This document shows, one piece after another, positions 48,740 through 58,431 of a stretch of DNA of 64,000 nt. Below the pieces are notes generated by a model. That model ran no database searches and had not been told where the DNA came from. It saw nothing but the letters and a program-made list of their open reading frames with translations. Numbering within the stretch: position 1 is the first letter of the stretch; every line of letters begins with the position of its first letter. The DNA is from Acidobacteriaceae bacterium. GTDB taxonomy: Bacteria; Acidobacteriota; Terriglobia; Terriglobales; Acidobacteriaceae. Location of the stretch: contig DATNGO010000025.1 of assembly GCA_035605855.1 (NCBI GenBank), positions 1,887 through 65,886 of the forward strand, written 5' to 3'. The position numbers and the translations under genes are program-made.

Positions 48740-49879
48740 CTACTTCCGCCCGTACCCCCGCCACACATACTCCAGCGCTTCCGGCAGCGTCTGCGCCTTC
48801 ACCGCGCGATCCGTATGCCCGGCATTCCGCGCAAACACAAACTGGTAGTGGTACCCCTTCGCCGCCAGCACCTTCGCCATGCGCTCATTCGCCACCACCC
48901 AGTCGTGCATCCCATCCCGCATCGCATTCGGATTCAGCAAATCGCGATCCCCCACCTCCATCCAAATCCGAATCGGCTTCTTCGCCGACCCCGGAATCAG
49001 CCGCTCATGAAAATCCCACGCCCCACCCGGTGTCTCCGCGTTCGGCGGCCACTGCTGATTCACAAACGTCCCCGAGTACGTCAGCACCCGGTGATAAAGC
49101 TCCGGGTGATACCACGCCATCTCCAGCGCACACGACCCACCCGAGCTCCCACCCATCGTCGCCCTTCCATCCGGATCTTTTGTGAGCTTAACGTGCGCCT
49201 CCTCCTCCACGCGCGGCAGCACCTCGCGCTCCACCCACTCCGCATACTTGCCGGACATCGTGTCGTACTCCAGCCCCCGCTCGCTCCCCTGCCCATCCCC
49301 TCCGCCATTCTGAATCGACACCGCAATCATTACCGGAACCTTGCGCTCCGCAATCAGCCCATCGATCGCCGTAAACAGCATCCAGTCCGGCCCATCCGCT
49401 CCCATGATGAACGGCGCCACCGTCCCCGCCACATACTCCTCCGGCACATACACCGTCACCTTGCGCGTCCACGGCGCCGCATGGCTCGTCGTCACCATCA
49501 ACTTCGCCGGATCCTTCGGATCAGGCGTCCCGAAGGTCCCTTTGTCCCGCGCGATGCCGGGATAAAACCTGCTCTCCGCAGAGGTCATGGTGATCTCCAC
49601 CACCCGCCCCCGCAGTTCTCCCCTCGGATCAGACCCCTGCATCTCAGGCGCTGCCGCATGCGTCGGCCCGATGATAAAGTTCCCATCCTTATCCGCCGGC
49701 GGCACCTCACCATCCGGCAACTCCTTCGCCTCCACATACCCCGCCGTATGCGGATCGCGCGTCGGCGGCGTCGGCCTCACATACGTCTGCGGAGCCGGCG
49801 CCGCCGTCTGCGCACCCAACACCGCACTCATCCCTACGGCCAGCAAAGCCCCCGCCGCCGCAGACATTACTCGCCTCAT
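48740..49879 (-). CDS. secreted esterase, enterochelin esterase-like alpha/beta hydrolase
   Basis: Signal peptide, VYVP, RGLEYD, GGSSGG, GH. Confidence 0.88.
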   Translation of the reverse strand: MRRVMSAAAGALLAVGMSAVLGAQTAAPAPQTYVRPTPPTRDPHTAGYVEAKELPDGEVPPADKDGNFIIGPTHAAAPEMQGSDPRGELRGRVVEITMTSAESRFYPGIARDKGTFGTPDPKDPAKLMVTTSHAAPWTRKVTVYVPEEYVAGTVAPFIMGADGPDWMLFTAIDGLIAERKVPVMIAVSIQNGGGDGQGSERGLEYDTMSGKYAEWVEREVLPRVEEEAHVKLTKDPDGRATMGGSSGGSCALEMAWYHPELYHRVLTYSGTFVNQQWPPNAETPGGAWDFHERLIPGSAKKPIRIWMEVGDRDLLNPNAMRDGMHDWVVANERMAKVLAAKGYHYQFVFARNAGHTDRAVKAQTLPEALEYVWRGYGRK

Positions 49880-49938
49880 CGCAAACTCCCTCGCATCCAC
49901 GGTAGCAAACGACCGCCCCCCTCGTGTCGCCACTCCAC

Positions 49939-50131
49939 CGGGTACCCCCACCCTCGACTCGACTTCGTCGAGACAGATCAAGAACCGGGTACCCTCTCCT
50001 TTCACAGTTTCATCGTGAAAAGGACGAGGCATCGCCTGCCGAGTCCCCCGATCTCGGGTGGCCCATCCTTTCACAGTTTCATCGTGAAAGGGTGGGGTAT
50101 CGTTTGCGGCTAGCAAACGACCGCTTTCCTC
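49939..50131. repeat. cluster of three REP family A units left of the RAYT
   Basis: Units start at 49939, 49986 and 50055; the last two share TCCTTTCACAGTTTCATCGTGAAA. Confidence 0.85.
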
Positions 50132-50201
50132 GCACCTACCATCACCCTCCACCCACAATCACGAGCCGACCCATATCAAGAAAAGAAAATATACTGACCC
50201 C

Positions 50202-50669
50202 ATGCCCACAGGCCTCCGCCGTTTTCATCAGACTGGAGACCTCCATGCCATCAATGTGAATTGTTTCCGGAAGCGTGCAATCTTCGACACTCCCGAGCCT
50301 CGTGAAACCTTCCTCAAGATCCTCGAAGAAACCCGCCGCAAATACGAATTCCAGGTTCTCGGCTATGTGGTGATGCCGACCCATATCCATCTGCTCGTCT
50401 CGGAATCCCAAAGCGTCCTACTCTCAACCGCCATGCAAGTGCTCAAACAGCGTTTCTCGCGAACACGCGTTCTCAAAGAACACGTCTGGGAGCAGCGTTA
50501 CTACGACTTCAACGTATTTTCCTCGCACAAGCTGATTGAAAAGCTGGAATACATTCACATGAATCCCGTGAACGCCGGATTGGTGAATATGCCCGCCGAT
50601 TGGCAATGGAGCAGCTACCGTGCCCACTTTCACGGCGAGGCCGGTCCAGTCTCCGTAACCATCCCCTGA
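50202..50669 (+). mobile_element. REP-associated tyrosine transposase (RAYT, Y1 HUH family)
   Basis: GYVVMPTHIHLL HUH motif, W..RYYD, EYIHMNPV.AGLV..P.DW.WSSY; flanked by REPs. Confidence 0.93.
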
Positions 50670-50718
50670 TGTCGAGCGATGATCCGACACCCTACATCTT
50701 CATTGGCGCCCCAATATC

Positions 50719-50795
50719 CGGGTGGCCCATCCTTTCAAAGTCTCATCTTGACAGGGTGGGGTATCGTTTGCGGCTAGCAAACGACCGCCTTCCTC
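50719..50795. repeat. REP family A unit right of the RAYT
   Basis: CGGGTGGCCCATCCTTTCA start; 36 bp (50753-50788) identical to 50089-50124. Confidence 0.9.
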
Positions 50796-50810
50796 AAGCA
50801 AGCGAACCAT

Positions 50811-51455
50811 CTATCTCCTCAACAACCCCATCACCACCACCGTAATCCCCTCCCCCAGCTCCCGATGCTGCTTCGCATCGAGATGCACCCCGTCCACCTC
50901 ACTCACCGTCGTCACCCCGCCTGCATCCCAAAACGCGCACCCCAACACCTCGCTCACCTGGCGAAACGCCTCGGCCATCCCTCGCCCGCGCACATCCGCT
51001 CCCGCAAACTTCTCCACCATCGTCCCACGCGGCGTCGTGGTCGGCGGCGGCGAAACAATCAGGATCGGCGGCACCGGCATCCCCGGCTCAATCGGCGCCC
51101 GCCGCATCGCATTCACCACCGCCGCCACACCCTGCGCCGCGGACCACGCACTGCTGAACGGATACCAGCACTGCATATCGTTCGTTCCCAAACACAGGAT
51201 GACGAGATCCAGCGGCGAATGAATCTCCATCACCTGCTCCACACCCTGCAACCCATTCCGCCCCGGCTTGAACGGATCATCCCAGACCGTCCGCCGCCCG
51301 TTAAGGCAGTTCTCGATCACCCGAACCGAAAGCCCGCCAGCCATCAGCCCGCGCTCCAACACGCCCGGCCAGCGCTCCTCGAACGGCAGCCGCCGCCTCT
51401 CGCCCGGCACAATCCCCCAGCTCAACGAATCGCCATAAACCAGCACATTCAACAT
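50811..51455 (-). CDS. SGNH/GDSL hydrolase
   Basis: YGDSLSWG, LNGR, LGTND, DGVH. Confidence 0.93.
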   Translation of the reverse strand: MLNVLVYGDSLSWGIVPGERRRLPFEERWPGVLERGLMAGGLSVRVIENCLNGRRTVWDDPFKPGRNGLQGVEQVMEIHSPLDLVILCLGTNDMQCWYPFSSAWSAAQGVAAVVNAMRRAPIEPGMPVPPILIVSPPPTTTPRGTMVEKFAGADVRGRGMAEAFRQVSEVLGCAFWDAGGVTTVSEVDGVHLDAKQHRELGEGITVVVMGLLRR

Positions 51456-51577
51456 AAGCCTAAGTTATTGCCCTCAAAGAAGATGCATCAACCCTGCCGC
51501 CAATCTCGACCGCATCCCCCTGCGAACTCTACCCCTTTGTTTTGAAGACTTTGCACAATCCGCCACCTTCTAGCGCA

Positions 51578-51641
51578 TAAAGTCCACCCTTAACCCCAAT
51601 CCGCTCTAGACTTTGCGCAAAAAACAGGGGGAGGGGGTACC
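51578..51641. repeat. dispersed repeat family C, copy 2
   Basis: See 3003-3068; an extra partial unit (GACTTTGCAC) lies at about 51547. Confidence 0.85.
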
Positions 51642-51645
51642 CCCA

Positions 51646-52398
51646 CTATCCCAGCCGCGACTCCGCCTCCTTCGTCGCCTCATAGATCTGGTCGAAGCTC
51701 TCAATCGCATACAGCACGGGCTGCATATGCGCCACATCCACGACCGTATCCAGCACCTTCGCCAGATCGAAATCCCGAATCTCAGGGCCGCCGTTAATCA
51801 CATGCGTGCACTCCCCATGCGAAGAAATCAATCCGCTCCCATAGACCTTGATCTCACCCTCCTGCCGGATCACCCCAAACTCCACCGTGAACCAGAAAAG
51901 CCTTCCCAAACGTTCCAAATCGGTCTGCTTGGTCAGTCCCGCGCACAGTTTTCCGTAGTGCTGCAGAAAGTCTGCGAACACCGGATGCGCATGCATCGGC
52001 ACATGCCCAAACACGTCGTGAAAGATGTCCGGTTCCGGCGTGTACTCCAGCGAGTCACGATTGCGAATCCACGTCGTCGTCGGGAACATCCGCGCCGCCA
52101 GCATCTCGAAGAACGCTCCCGCCGGCAGAAACCCGCTCACCGCCGTCGAGCTCCAGCCCGTCCGCGGCCGCAGCCTTTTCGTCACCTCACTCAGGTTCGG
52201 CAGCTGATTCTGCTGCAGCCCGATCCGGCTGAACCCGTCCAGATACTCCGCGCAGGCATGCTCTTCCAGCTGCGGCATCCGCCGCCCCACCAGCTCCGAC
52301 CAGATCCCGTGCTGCTCGGGCGTATACGCGGCCCAGTCCTGTTCAATGAGGTACGGTTTCGCCTGCGTAAGTTCCGGTGTTGCGGTCCCTGTCTGCAT
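51646..52398 (-). CDS. phhA: phenylalanine 4-monooxygenase
   Basis: YTPEPDIFHDVFGHVP, RLFWFTVEFG, YGSGLISS.GE, QP.LY.IESF. Confidence 0.93.
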   Translation of the reverse strand: MQTGTATPELTQAKPYLIEQDWAAYTPEQHGIWSELVGRRMPQLEEHACAEYLDGFSRIGLQQNQLPNLSEVTKRLRPRTGWSSTAVSGFLPAGAFFEMLAARMFPTTTWIRNRDSLEYTPEPDIFHDVFGHVPMHAHPVFADFLQHYGKLCAGLTKQTDLERLGRLFWFTVEFGVIRQEGEIKVYGSGLISSHGECTHVINGGPEIRDFDLAKVLDTVVDVAHMQPVLYAIESFDQIYEATKEAESRLG

Positions 52399-52444
52399 CT
52401 CGTCACCATCTCCTTAGACGGCGAAGTAGCCTCATCCACCGCCG

Positions 52445-53692
52445 CTACGTGCTCTCTGCCCCAGACAGATCCGCACCGTGCGCCTCCCGTCCCAGCGAGG
52501 CCACAATCGCGATAAACACCGCACAGAACACTACCGTCCAGCCCATCACAGGCGCAAGCCGTCCCCCGAACATGCTCTGGGCCGCCGCCGCCTGAAAGTG
52601 CACATTCCTCGAAGACACCAGGGTCCCCAGCTGATACGCGAATCCCGGCAGCACTGCCCGTACCGGCCCCGGCGACAACTCGTTCAGGTGCACCGGAATG
52701 ATCCCCCAGGCCCCCTGCACCATGAACTGCATCAGAAACCCACCCGCCGCCAGCATCGCCGCCGTGTGACTCCAGACCCACAACGGAATCACCGGCACTG
52801 CCAGCACCGCCGCCAGCGCAATCGCTCTCCTCCGCCCCAGCCGCTCCGACAGCGCGCCGAAGCACATCCCACCGGCAAAAGCCCCCACCACCCCCACGAT
52901 CGAAACAACCGCCGTCACCTGCACATCGAGGCCTCTGTCATGCTTCAAAAACGTCGGATAGAGGTCCTGAGTCCCATGACTGAAGGAGCAAAACCCAAAC
53001 ATCAAAAAGACCACAAAGCCGAAGAGAGGAAGGGACTTCAGGAGAGCACGATAGCTCTCACCCGCGCTTCTGGAGCGGCCCCGCTTCCACGCCGGCGACT
53101 CCTCCACCCCCATAGAAATGAAGGCCGCCAGAGCAGCTGGCAGCCCACCCAGCAGGAACAGCATGCGCCACTTCGTCATGAACCCATGCGTATGCAGATG
53201 CGGATAGATCGCCCCGTAGGCCGCCGCCGCAAGCAGGCTTCCCGCCATGTAACCCTCTTGCAGAAGCCCCGAGAAGAACCCACGACTCTCCGACGGCAAT
53301 GACTCCAGGGCAAGCGCCGCGCCGATACCCCACTCTCCCCCCATGCCCACGCCAAACAGTGCGCGCATAACCAGAAAGCTCGTGAAAGTGGGTGCAAACG
53401 CTGAGCCTATTCCGAAGATCGAAAACGTCAGCACATTCAGCATGAGCGTTGGTTTGCGTCCGATCTTCTCCGCCAGCAACCCAAACAGCAGCGCCCCCAC
53501 CGGACGCATGCATAAGGTCCACGTGATGCTGTCAGCCGCCGTCGCGAGGCTGACGCCGAAGGTCGCAGCAATCGAATCGAGACAGAATGTCAGGAGGAAG
53601 AAATCAAATGCATCCAGCGACCAGCCCAGAAAACAAGCCGTGAACGTGCGCCACTGCGCAGGAGTAAGTGATCGAAGCGGCTTCAGAAACAT
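52445..53692 (-). CDS. MFS transporter, NanT/JEN-like carboxylate family
   Basis: GW.LDAFDFF, RPVGA, GMGGEW, SGLLQ.GY, HGTQDLYPTFL, QGAWG..P.HL.EL. Confidence 0.92.
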   Translation of the reverse strand: MFLKPLRSLTPAQWRTFTACFLGWSLDAFDFFLLTFCLDSIAATFGVSLATAADSITWTLCMRPVGALLFGLLAEKIGRKPTLMLNVLTFSIFGIGSAFAPTFTSFLVMRALFGVGMGGEWGIGAALALESLPSESRGFFSGLLQEGYMAGSLLAAAAYGAIYPHLHTHGFMTKWRMLFLLGGLPAALAAFISMGVEESPAWKRGRSRSAGESYRALLKSLPLFGFVVFLMFGFCSFSHGTQDLYPTFLKHDRGLDVQVTAVVSIVGVVGAFAGGMCFGALSERLGRRRAIALAAVLAVPVIPLWVWSHTAAMLAAGGFLMQFMVQGAWGIIPVHLNELSPGPVRAVLPGFAYQLGTLVSSRNVHFQAAAAQSMFGGRLAPVMGWTVVFCAVFIAIVASLGREAHGADLSGAEST

Positions 53693-53723
53693 CCTCGCGC
53701 GTGGCCCTCAGACCGACTTCAGC

Positions 53724-54503
53724 CTAGAGCTTCGCCCGCAACGGCACGCCCGGATCCGCGTACGCCATCTCCGCCGCCGCCGTCTCCTGCTTGAGAATCT
53801 GGTGATGAAGGCAGTACAGCGCCAGTTCCAGCCGGTCGCTCACACCCAGTTTGTCGTACACCTTGCGCAGATAGTTCTTCACCACCTGCTCGGTCGTGCC
53901 AATCTGGTATGCGATCTCCTTGTTCCGCATCCCGCGCGTGATGCACGCAATAATTGCCAGCTCTTTGTCCGAGAGTCGCGGTTGCGTCCGCGGGTTCGTC
54001 AGCGACGCCGCCTGCGCCCTGTACGCATCGATCACCCATGAGATCGACTGGTTGTCGATCCACGTCTCGCCCGCTGCTATCTTGCGCACGCACTTCACCA
54101 GCAGGTCCGGCGAGATAGACCGCGGAACCACACCGCGCACGCCACGCCGGTACAGTTCCACCGTGTTGCTTTCGTCGCTCTCCGAGACCTGAACGATCAG
54201 CTTCGCGTTCGGCGCCCTGCGCACAAATTGCGGAATCGCGTCCACTGTTCCCGCGATCAGCTGGCCTTCGAGCACCACCACGTCGGTCGGAAAGCGCTGC
54301 AGCGCCGCGTACAGGTTCTCCAGTGTCTCCGCCTGCGCCACCACCCGAATGTCGTCTTCCAGCGCAAATACCTTGCGCATTCCCACGCGGTAAATCGCCT
54401 GCGAATCTGCGAGGATTACACGAATCCCTGCGCTGTTTCCGTTATTACCCTGTCCATCCTCCGGAGCCTTGCTGCCCGGGTTCTTCGATCCATCAGTGAT
54501 CAT
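53724..54503 (-). CDS. NarL/LuxR-type regulator with atypical receiver domain
   Basis: ADSQ and VVLEGQ in place of DD and the phospho-Asp; LuxR HTH GMRNKEIA..IGTTEQVVKNY. Confidence 0.9.
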   Translation of the reverse strand: MITDGSKNPGSKAPEDGQGNNGNSAGIRVILADSQAIYRVGMRKVFALEDDIRVVAQAETLENLYAALQRFPTDVVVLEGQLIAGTVDAIPQFVRRAPNAKLIVQVSESDESNTVELYRRGVRGVVPRSISPDLLVKCVRKIAAGETWIDNQSISWVIDAYRAQAASLTNPRTQPRLSDKELAIIACITRGMRNKEIAYQIGTTEQVVKNYLRKVYDKLGVSDRLELALYCLHHQILKQETAAAEMAYADPGVPLRAKL

Positions 54504-54828
54504 GGCGTTCAGCCCTTAAGGAGTACTTATCGATTACAGCCGCAGCCCGTTTCCGGCCCGCGGTAAAGTCGTGTCGCACAATCCGGCCAACACAATCCAG
54601 CAAGACATCTTCTGTTCCCCCCATAATGGCAGCCGGCATTTTTATCTGAAAGCGCACAGTGCTGTCCACCGGTGGTACTTCGTCACTGGCAAACAGCAAA
54701 CCCGCCGACGAAACATCTTCCGTCACCGCATGGTATTCGCGGTCATCCGACGTAAGAGTCAGGTCAAGCCGCAGCGGAAAACGCACCGCTGCACGAACAG
54801 GATCACTTGCGGGAGTACTCAACGGCAT
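54493..54828 (-). CDS. single-domain PilZ protein
   Basis: RAAVR (RxxxR) and DVSSAG (DxSxxG), GRIVR. Confidence 0.85.
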   Translation of the reverse strand: MPLSTPASDPVRAAVRFPLRLDLTLTSDDREYHAVTEDVSSAGLLFASDEVPPVDSTVRFQIKMPAAIMGGTEDVLLDCVGRIVRHDFTAGRKRAAAVIDKYSLRAERHDH

Positions 54829-54898
54829 ACGATACCCTCTTCCGGGGTCAGCCTTTTGGCAGCACCGATTGTCGCACGATTGTACCCCACCGCATCCA

Positions 54899-56125
54899 TT
54901 ACCAAGGTGTTTGTTTTGGGGTCAAACTGGCCGATCCGCCCACCCAGGTGCGGTCCCGATTGTGGTCCACCCCCATCATCAAACCCCGCCCCATCCTGAC
55001 CAGGCTGGTCAGCGGTGTCATCCTCCCGCCGTCCGGCCATACGTAAAGAATGCGAATCTCCGCCTGGGTCAACCCCTCCGGCGTGTTAATGACCGGCTCA
55101 AACTGCACCCGCTCCTGCAGCAAATAGTTGTGCTGCTCTTCGCTGGGAATCGCCCTCAGTTCCTCGTCGCTCGGTCCGAACTGTATCCCCTTGCCGGCAA
55201 ATGAGTACAGCGGTTTCAGCACCCACCGCCCCCTGTTCTCAGGCAGTCGCTCCCTTCCTCTGCCGGCCAGCCAGTCATCCACGAACACCGCCGCCGGCAC
55301 CGCCGGATGGTCCAGGTATGGAATCGAAAATTTGCTGATCCGGAAATACCAGTTCGGATGGCCCGCCCACTCCACCGCCAGCTCTTCCCGATAATCAAAC
55401 GGCAGCTTGATCTCCTTGCGCACCAGCTCATCCACGATGGCCCGGTTATAGATCCGCTCAATCGACGCGAGCACGCCGTCTCCGCGCTTATACATCAGCC
55501 GCTTCCCGCGTTTGACCACGTTCGCGATATCCACCGTCCGAATGCCCAACCGGTCCTCGTGTACGCGAAAGTCCGGCAGAGTCTTCTGCTTCTCCGGTTC
55601 AGTCTCCAGCAGCACCACATTCTCCGGGTCATGCCTGCCGACAATCACCTCGCGGAGCACCTGCCAGTACCCCGCATCGTCCAGCCCACCAAACAGATAC
55701 TGCAAAGCCGGATCGACCTCGTAGACGTCCTTATATGCCTGCGACAGCACCGCCTGGTATCCAAAGACCGACGGGAACGCCTGCATCTCCACCAGCTTCG
55801 GCTCCAGTTCGCCTGCCTCATTCCGCACCAGCCCGAAGTCCACGGTCATGAAGTGCGGATGCGCGTCCTCGCCCGGCACGCGATACTCCTCAGGAATCGC
55901 GGCCGCCGACTCCTCCATGTAGCGCTCATTTCCGAGCAGCTGCGCTGTCAGCTCCTCGCCCGTGCGCACCAGCCGCTGCATCAGCTCCGGAGCAAAGAAG
56001 CACGGGGTCTCACAAACGCGGAACTCAACCTCGGCTCGCGTGCGCTGATTCACAAGCCGCAGCAACTCCGCATACTTCCCCATCGTGAACCGCTCGTTGA
56101 ATGCAGTGCGATACGGCTCGAGCAT
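54899..56125 (-). CDS. putative circularly permuted ATP-grasp (glutathionylspermidine synthase-like) amide ligase
   Basis: VDF..., KLVEMQ.FPS, IYNR, W.GHP.W...ISK, WVLKP..SF.G.G, YLLQE, E.R. Confidence 0.65.
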   Translation of the reverse strand: MLEPYRTAFNERFTMGKYAELLRLVNQRTRAEVEFRVCETPCFFAPELMQRLVRTGEELTAQLLGNERYMEESAAAIPEEYRVPGEDAHPHFMTVDFGLVRNEAGELEPKLVEMQAFPSVFGYQAVLSQAYKDVYEVDPALQYLFGGLDDAGYWQVLREVIVGRHDPENVVLLETEPEKQKTLPDFRVHEDRLGIRTVDIANVVKRGKRLMYKRGDGVLASIERIYNRAIVDELVRKEIKLPFDYREELAVEWAGHPNWYFRISKFSIPYLDHPAVPAAVFVDDWLAGRGRERLPENRGRWVLKPLYSFAGKGIQFGPSDEELRAIPSEEQHNYLLQERVQFEPVINTPEGLTQAEIRILYVWPDGGRMTPLTSLVRMGRGLMMGVDHNRDRTWVGGSASLTPKQTPW

Positions 56126-56154
56126 TGATTCTTTCTTAGCCTTTCTGAAAATCT

Positions 56155-57189
56155 CTATGCCTCTATGAGGAACTTCCCTTCGCTCATAATCTGCTCTTCG
56201 CCCTTGCCGTCGCCGAGCCAGATATTGAACTCCAGCCCCACCACATCGATATGCGTCGTCGACTTCCACGGTGCGCCCGTGTGTGCTCCATACGGATCGC
56301 CAAACGCAATATGAATCCCCGGAAATTTCTCGTCCTGCAGAATGTTCCCGATCACGCGCGTCACGCCGATATTTGTCCCAATCGCAAACTCGCCAACGCG
56401 GTCGGAGTTCTCATCCGTGTGCGTGTATGCCCAGAAGGCCTGCTCGAGTTCCTTGTTCTCGCATTCAACGCTCGAGATGCGGTTGTGTCCGATGTGGATC
56501 GTCAGCGGCGTCTCGCGCAGAATTCCGAAGCGCGCGCACAGAAAATCACCGACAACACCGTCGACGACAAACACGCCGTTGACCTCACCCGGAGCCGTGA
56601 AACATTCCCCGCCCGGCAGATTGCCCCACTTCTCCGGGCTGATGATTCCCGAGGTCTTGAACCACTTGTAGTTCGGCTCAAGGTCGGCAAAGATGTTTGT
56701 CCCGGCCGCACTCGTCGCGCGTACGTACTTCGCCGCGCGCACCTTCTCCAACACCTTCTGGCTCAGCCGGTCCACGGCGCTGAAGTCCGCGCGCATCCCC
56801 TGGACCATCACCTCCGCCGTGATGTTCACCATGTGCGCGTGCCGCATCTTCCGTCGATTAACTACGTCCGTCATTTGCATGCGGCTCTGCAGCTCATTCG
56901 GCTGCACTAACACTGCAAAGATCGAGACCTCGGAGCTCTCCATGTCTTCGAGCACGGGCTTCGGCATATCTTTGAGCGGGCGCTGCGCCAACTCCTCCAG
57001 CACAAAGCCGTTCCACCTGCAGCCGACCATCTCGAGCTCCGCAGCTATCGCCGCCGCAATCTCGCGCGTCGCCTCATCCGTGATCAGCGTCACCTTCTCG
57101 CTCGGCTGAATGCGCAGACATGCCGTCACCGCATTGCGCGCACCCGCGCGAAACTCTTCGGGAAACTGCGCACTTCGCAAATCTGTCAT
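56155..57189 (-). CDS. aminopeptidase, M29/thermophilic metalloprotease-like
   Basis: GT.., NLPGGE.F, GEFAIGTN, LQDEK..G.HIAFG, HID. Confidence 0.85.
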   Translation of the reverse strand: MTDLRSAQFPEEFRAGARNAVTACLRIQPSEKVTLITDEATREIAAAIAAELEMVGCRWNGFVLEELAQRPLKDMPKPVLEDMESSEVSIFAVLVQPNELQSRMQMTDVVNRRKMRHAHMVNITAEVMVQGMRADFSAVDRLSQKVLEKVRAAKYVRATSAAGTNIFADLEPNYKWFKTSGIISPEKWGNLPGGECFTAPGEVNGVFVVDGVVGDFLCARFGILRETPLTIHIGHNRISSVECENKELEQAFWAYTHTDENSDRVGEFAIGTNIGVTRVIGNILQDEKFPGIHIAFGDPYGAHTGAPWKSTTHIDVVGLEFNIWLGDGKGEEQIMSEGKFLIEA

Positions 57190-57251
57190 TACCTGCAAAC
57201 TTCCAGCTCCTGATCTCCAGTTCTCCAGCTCTCCAGCGCAGCGCATTCTAG

Positions 57252-57282
57252 CTAGAAGCTAGAGGCTAAAAGCTAGCAGCTG
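57252..57282. repeat. GCTAG-heptamer repeat, near-identical to 5225-5255
   Basis: CTAGAAGCTAGAGGCTAAAAGCTAGCAGCTG (30/31). Confidence 0.8.
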
Positions 57283-57285
57283 CCT

Positions 57286-58389
57286 TTACAATCCCGCTCT
57301 CGTTTCTTCCGCCATATAGTCCACGACCTTTTTCAGATCGCCCGTCTCGCGCCACACCCTCAACTGCCGGTCCGCGCCCGAGCCCATGCGAATCATCTCG
57401 CGGATATGCTCGATCGCTTTTCTGCAATCCAGCTCGTCGACAACGTCATCGATAAATTCCAGATACTCCAGGATCAAATCGCACTCCGGCACCTCTTCTT
57501 CTTTCCCGAAGTCGATCAGTTTGCCCTCCAGTCCATAACGCACCGCACGAAATTTGTTCTCCATCAGCAGCGCGCGCGAGTACTGCCGGAAATCAATATT
57601 TCGCTCATGCAGCTGGCACAGCTTCGCCGCCGTCGCCTGGATCAGCGCTGCAATCGACACCGTCTCATCCGCGCGCATCGGGATATCGCACACCCGTACC
57701 TCCACGGTGTTGAAGAACGGATGCGGGCGCACATCCCACCAGATCTTCTTCGCGTTGTCGATGCAGTTCGTCTTCACCAACAGGTCCACATAGCGCTCAA
57801 ACTCCGAGTAGCTCTCGAAATGGTCCGGCAGATTCGTCCGCGGAAAGTTCTCGAATACCTTTGCGCGATAGCTCTTGTAGCCCGTCTCCATCCCCAGCCA
57901 GAACGGCGAGTTGGTGCTCAGCGCAAGAATGTGCGGCAGAAAATAGCGTAGCGAATTCATAATCCGTATCGCTGCCTCGCGGTCCTCGATCCCCACATGT
58001 ACATGCAGCCCGAAGATCAGATTGGCTCGCGCCACCAACTGCAGGTCCTCAACCACCTTGTCGTAGCGCGGGTCCGGATAGATCTCCTGCAAGCGCCAAT
58101 CCGCAAACGGATGCGTCGCTCCGGCCACGAGCATCAGACCGTTCTCCTCTGCGAGCCGGATCATGTTGCGTCGCAGATCGTACAGGTCCTCGCGTGCGGT
58201 CTCAACATTGCGGCACACATGCGTGCCCACCTCGATCACCGACTGATGCATCTCCGCCTTGACGCGCTCTTCCAGGCGGATCTTTCCCTGCGACAGCATC
58301 TCGGTCTTGATGTGCGACCGCAGATCCCGCGTCTCCGGATCAATCGTCTGATACTCCTCCTCAATGCCGAGTGAAAAGGTCGGTCGCAT
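57286..58389 (-). CDS. carboxylate-amine ligase, YbdK/GCS2 family
   Basis: LGIEEEYQ, E..T, THPF, FGLHVHVG, LALS..SPFW.G, WWDVRP, TVEVRVCD, EN..RA.RYG. Confidence 0.95.
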   Translation of the reverse strand: MRPTFSLGIEEEYQTIDPETRDLRSHIKTEMLSQGKIRLEERVKAEMHQSVIEVGTHVCRNVETAREDLYDLRRNMIRLAEENGLMLVAGATHPFADWRLQEIYPDPRYDKVVEDLQLVARANLIFGLHVHVGIEDREAAIRIMNSLRYFLPHILALSTNSPFWLGMETGYKSYRAKVFENFPRTNLPDHFESYSEFERYVDLLVKTNCIDNAKKIWWDVRPHPFFNTVEVRVCDIPMRADETVSIAALIQATAAKLCQLHERNIDFRQYSRALLMENKFRAVRYGLEGKLIDFGKEEEVPECDLILEYLEFIDDVVDELDCRKAIEHIREMIRMGSGADRQLRVWRETGDLKKVVDYMAEETRAGL

Positions 58390-58431
58390 ATCCTCTCCTG
58401 ATCGAATCGTCTATGCCCCGTAATCGTGGAC

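Noticed and set aside
49939-50131. Possible CRISPR array
   Set aside because: Units are degenerate palindromes with irregular spacing next to a RAYT; no cas genes.
49880-50158. Repeated peptide PFHDETVKG in the extended esterase ORF
   Set aside because: Translation of REP DNA upstream of the likely start (49879), which is followed by a signal peptide.
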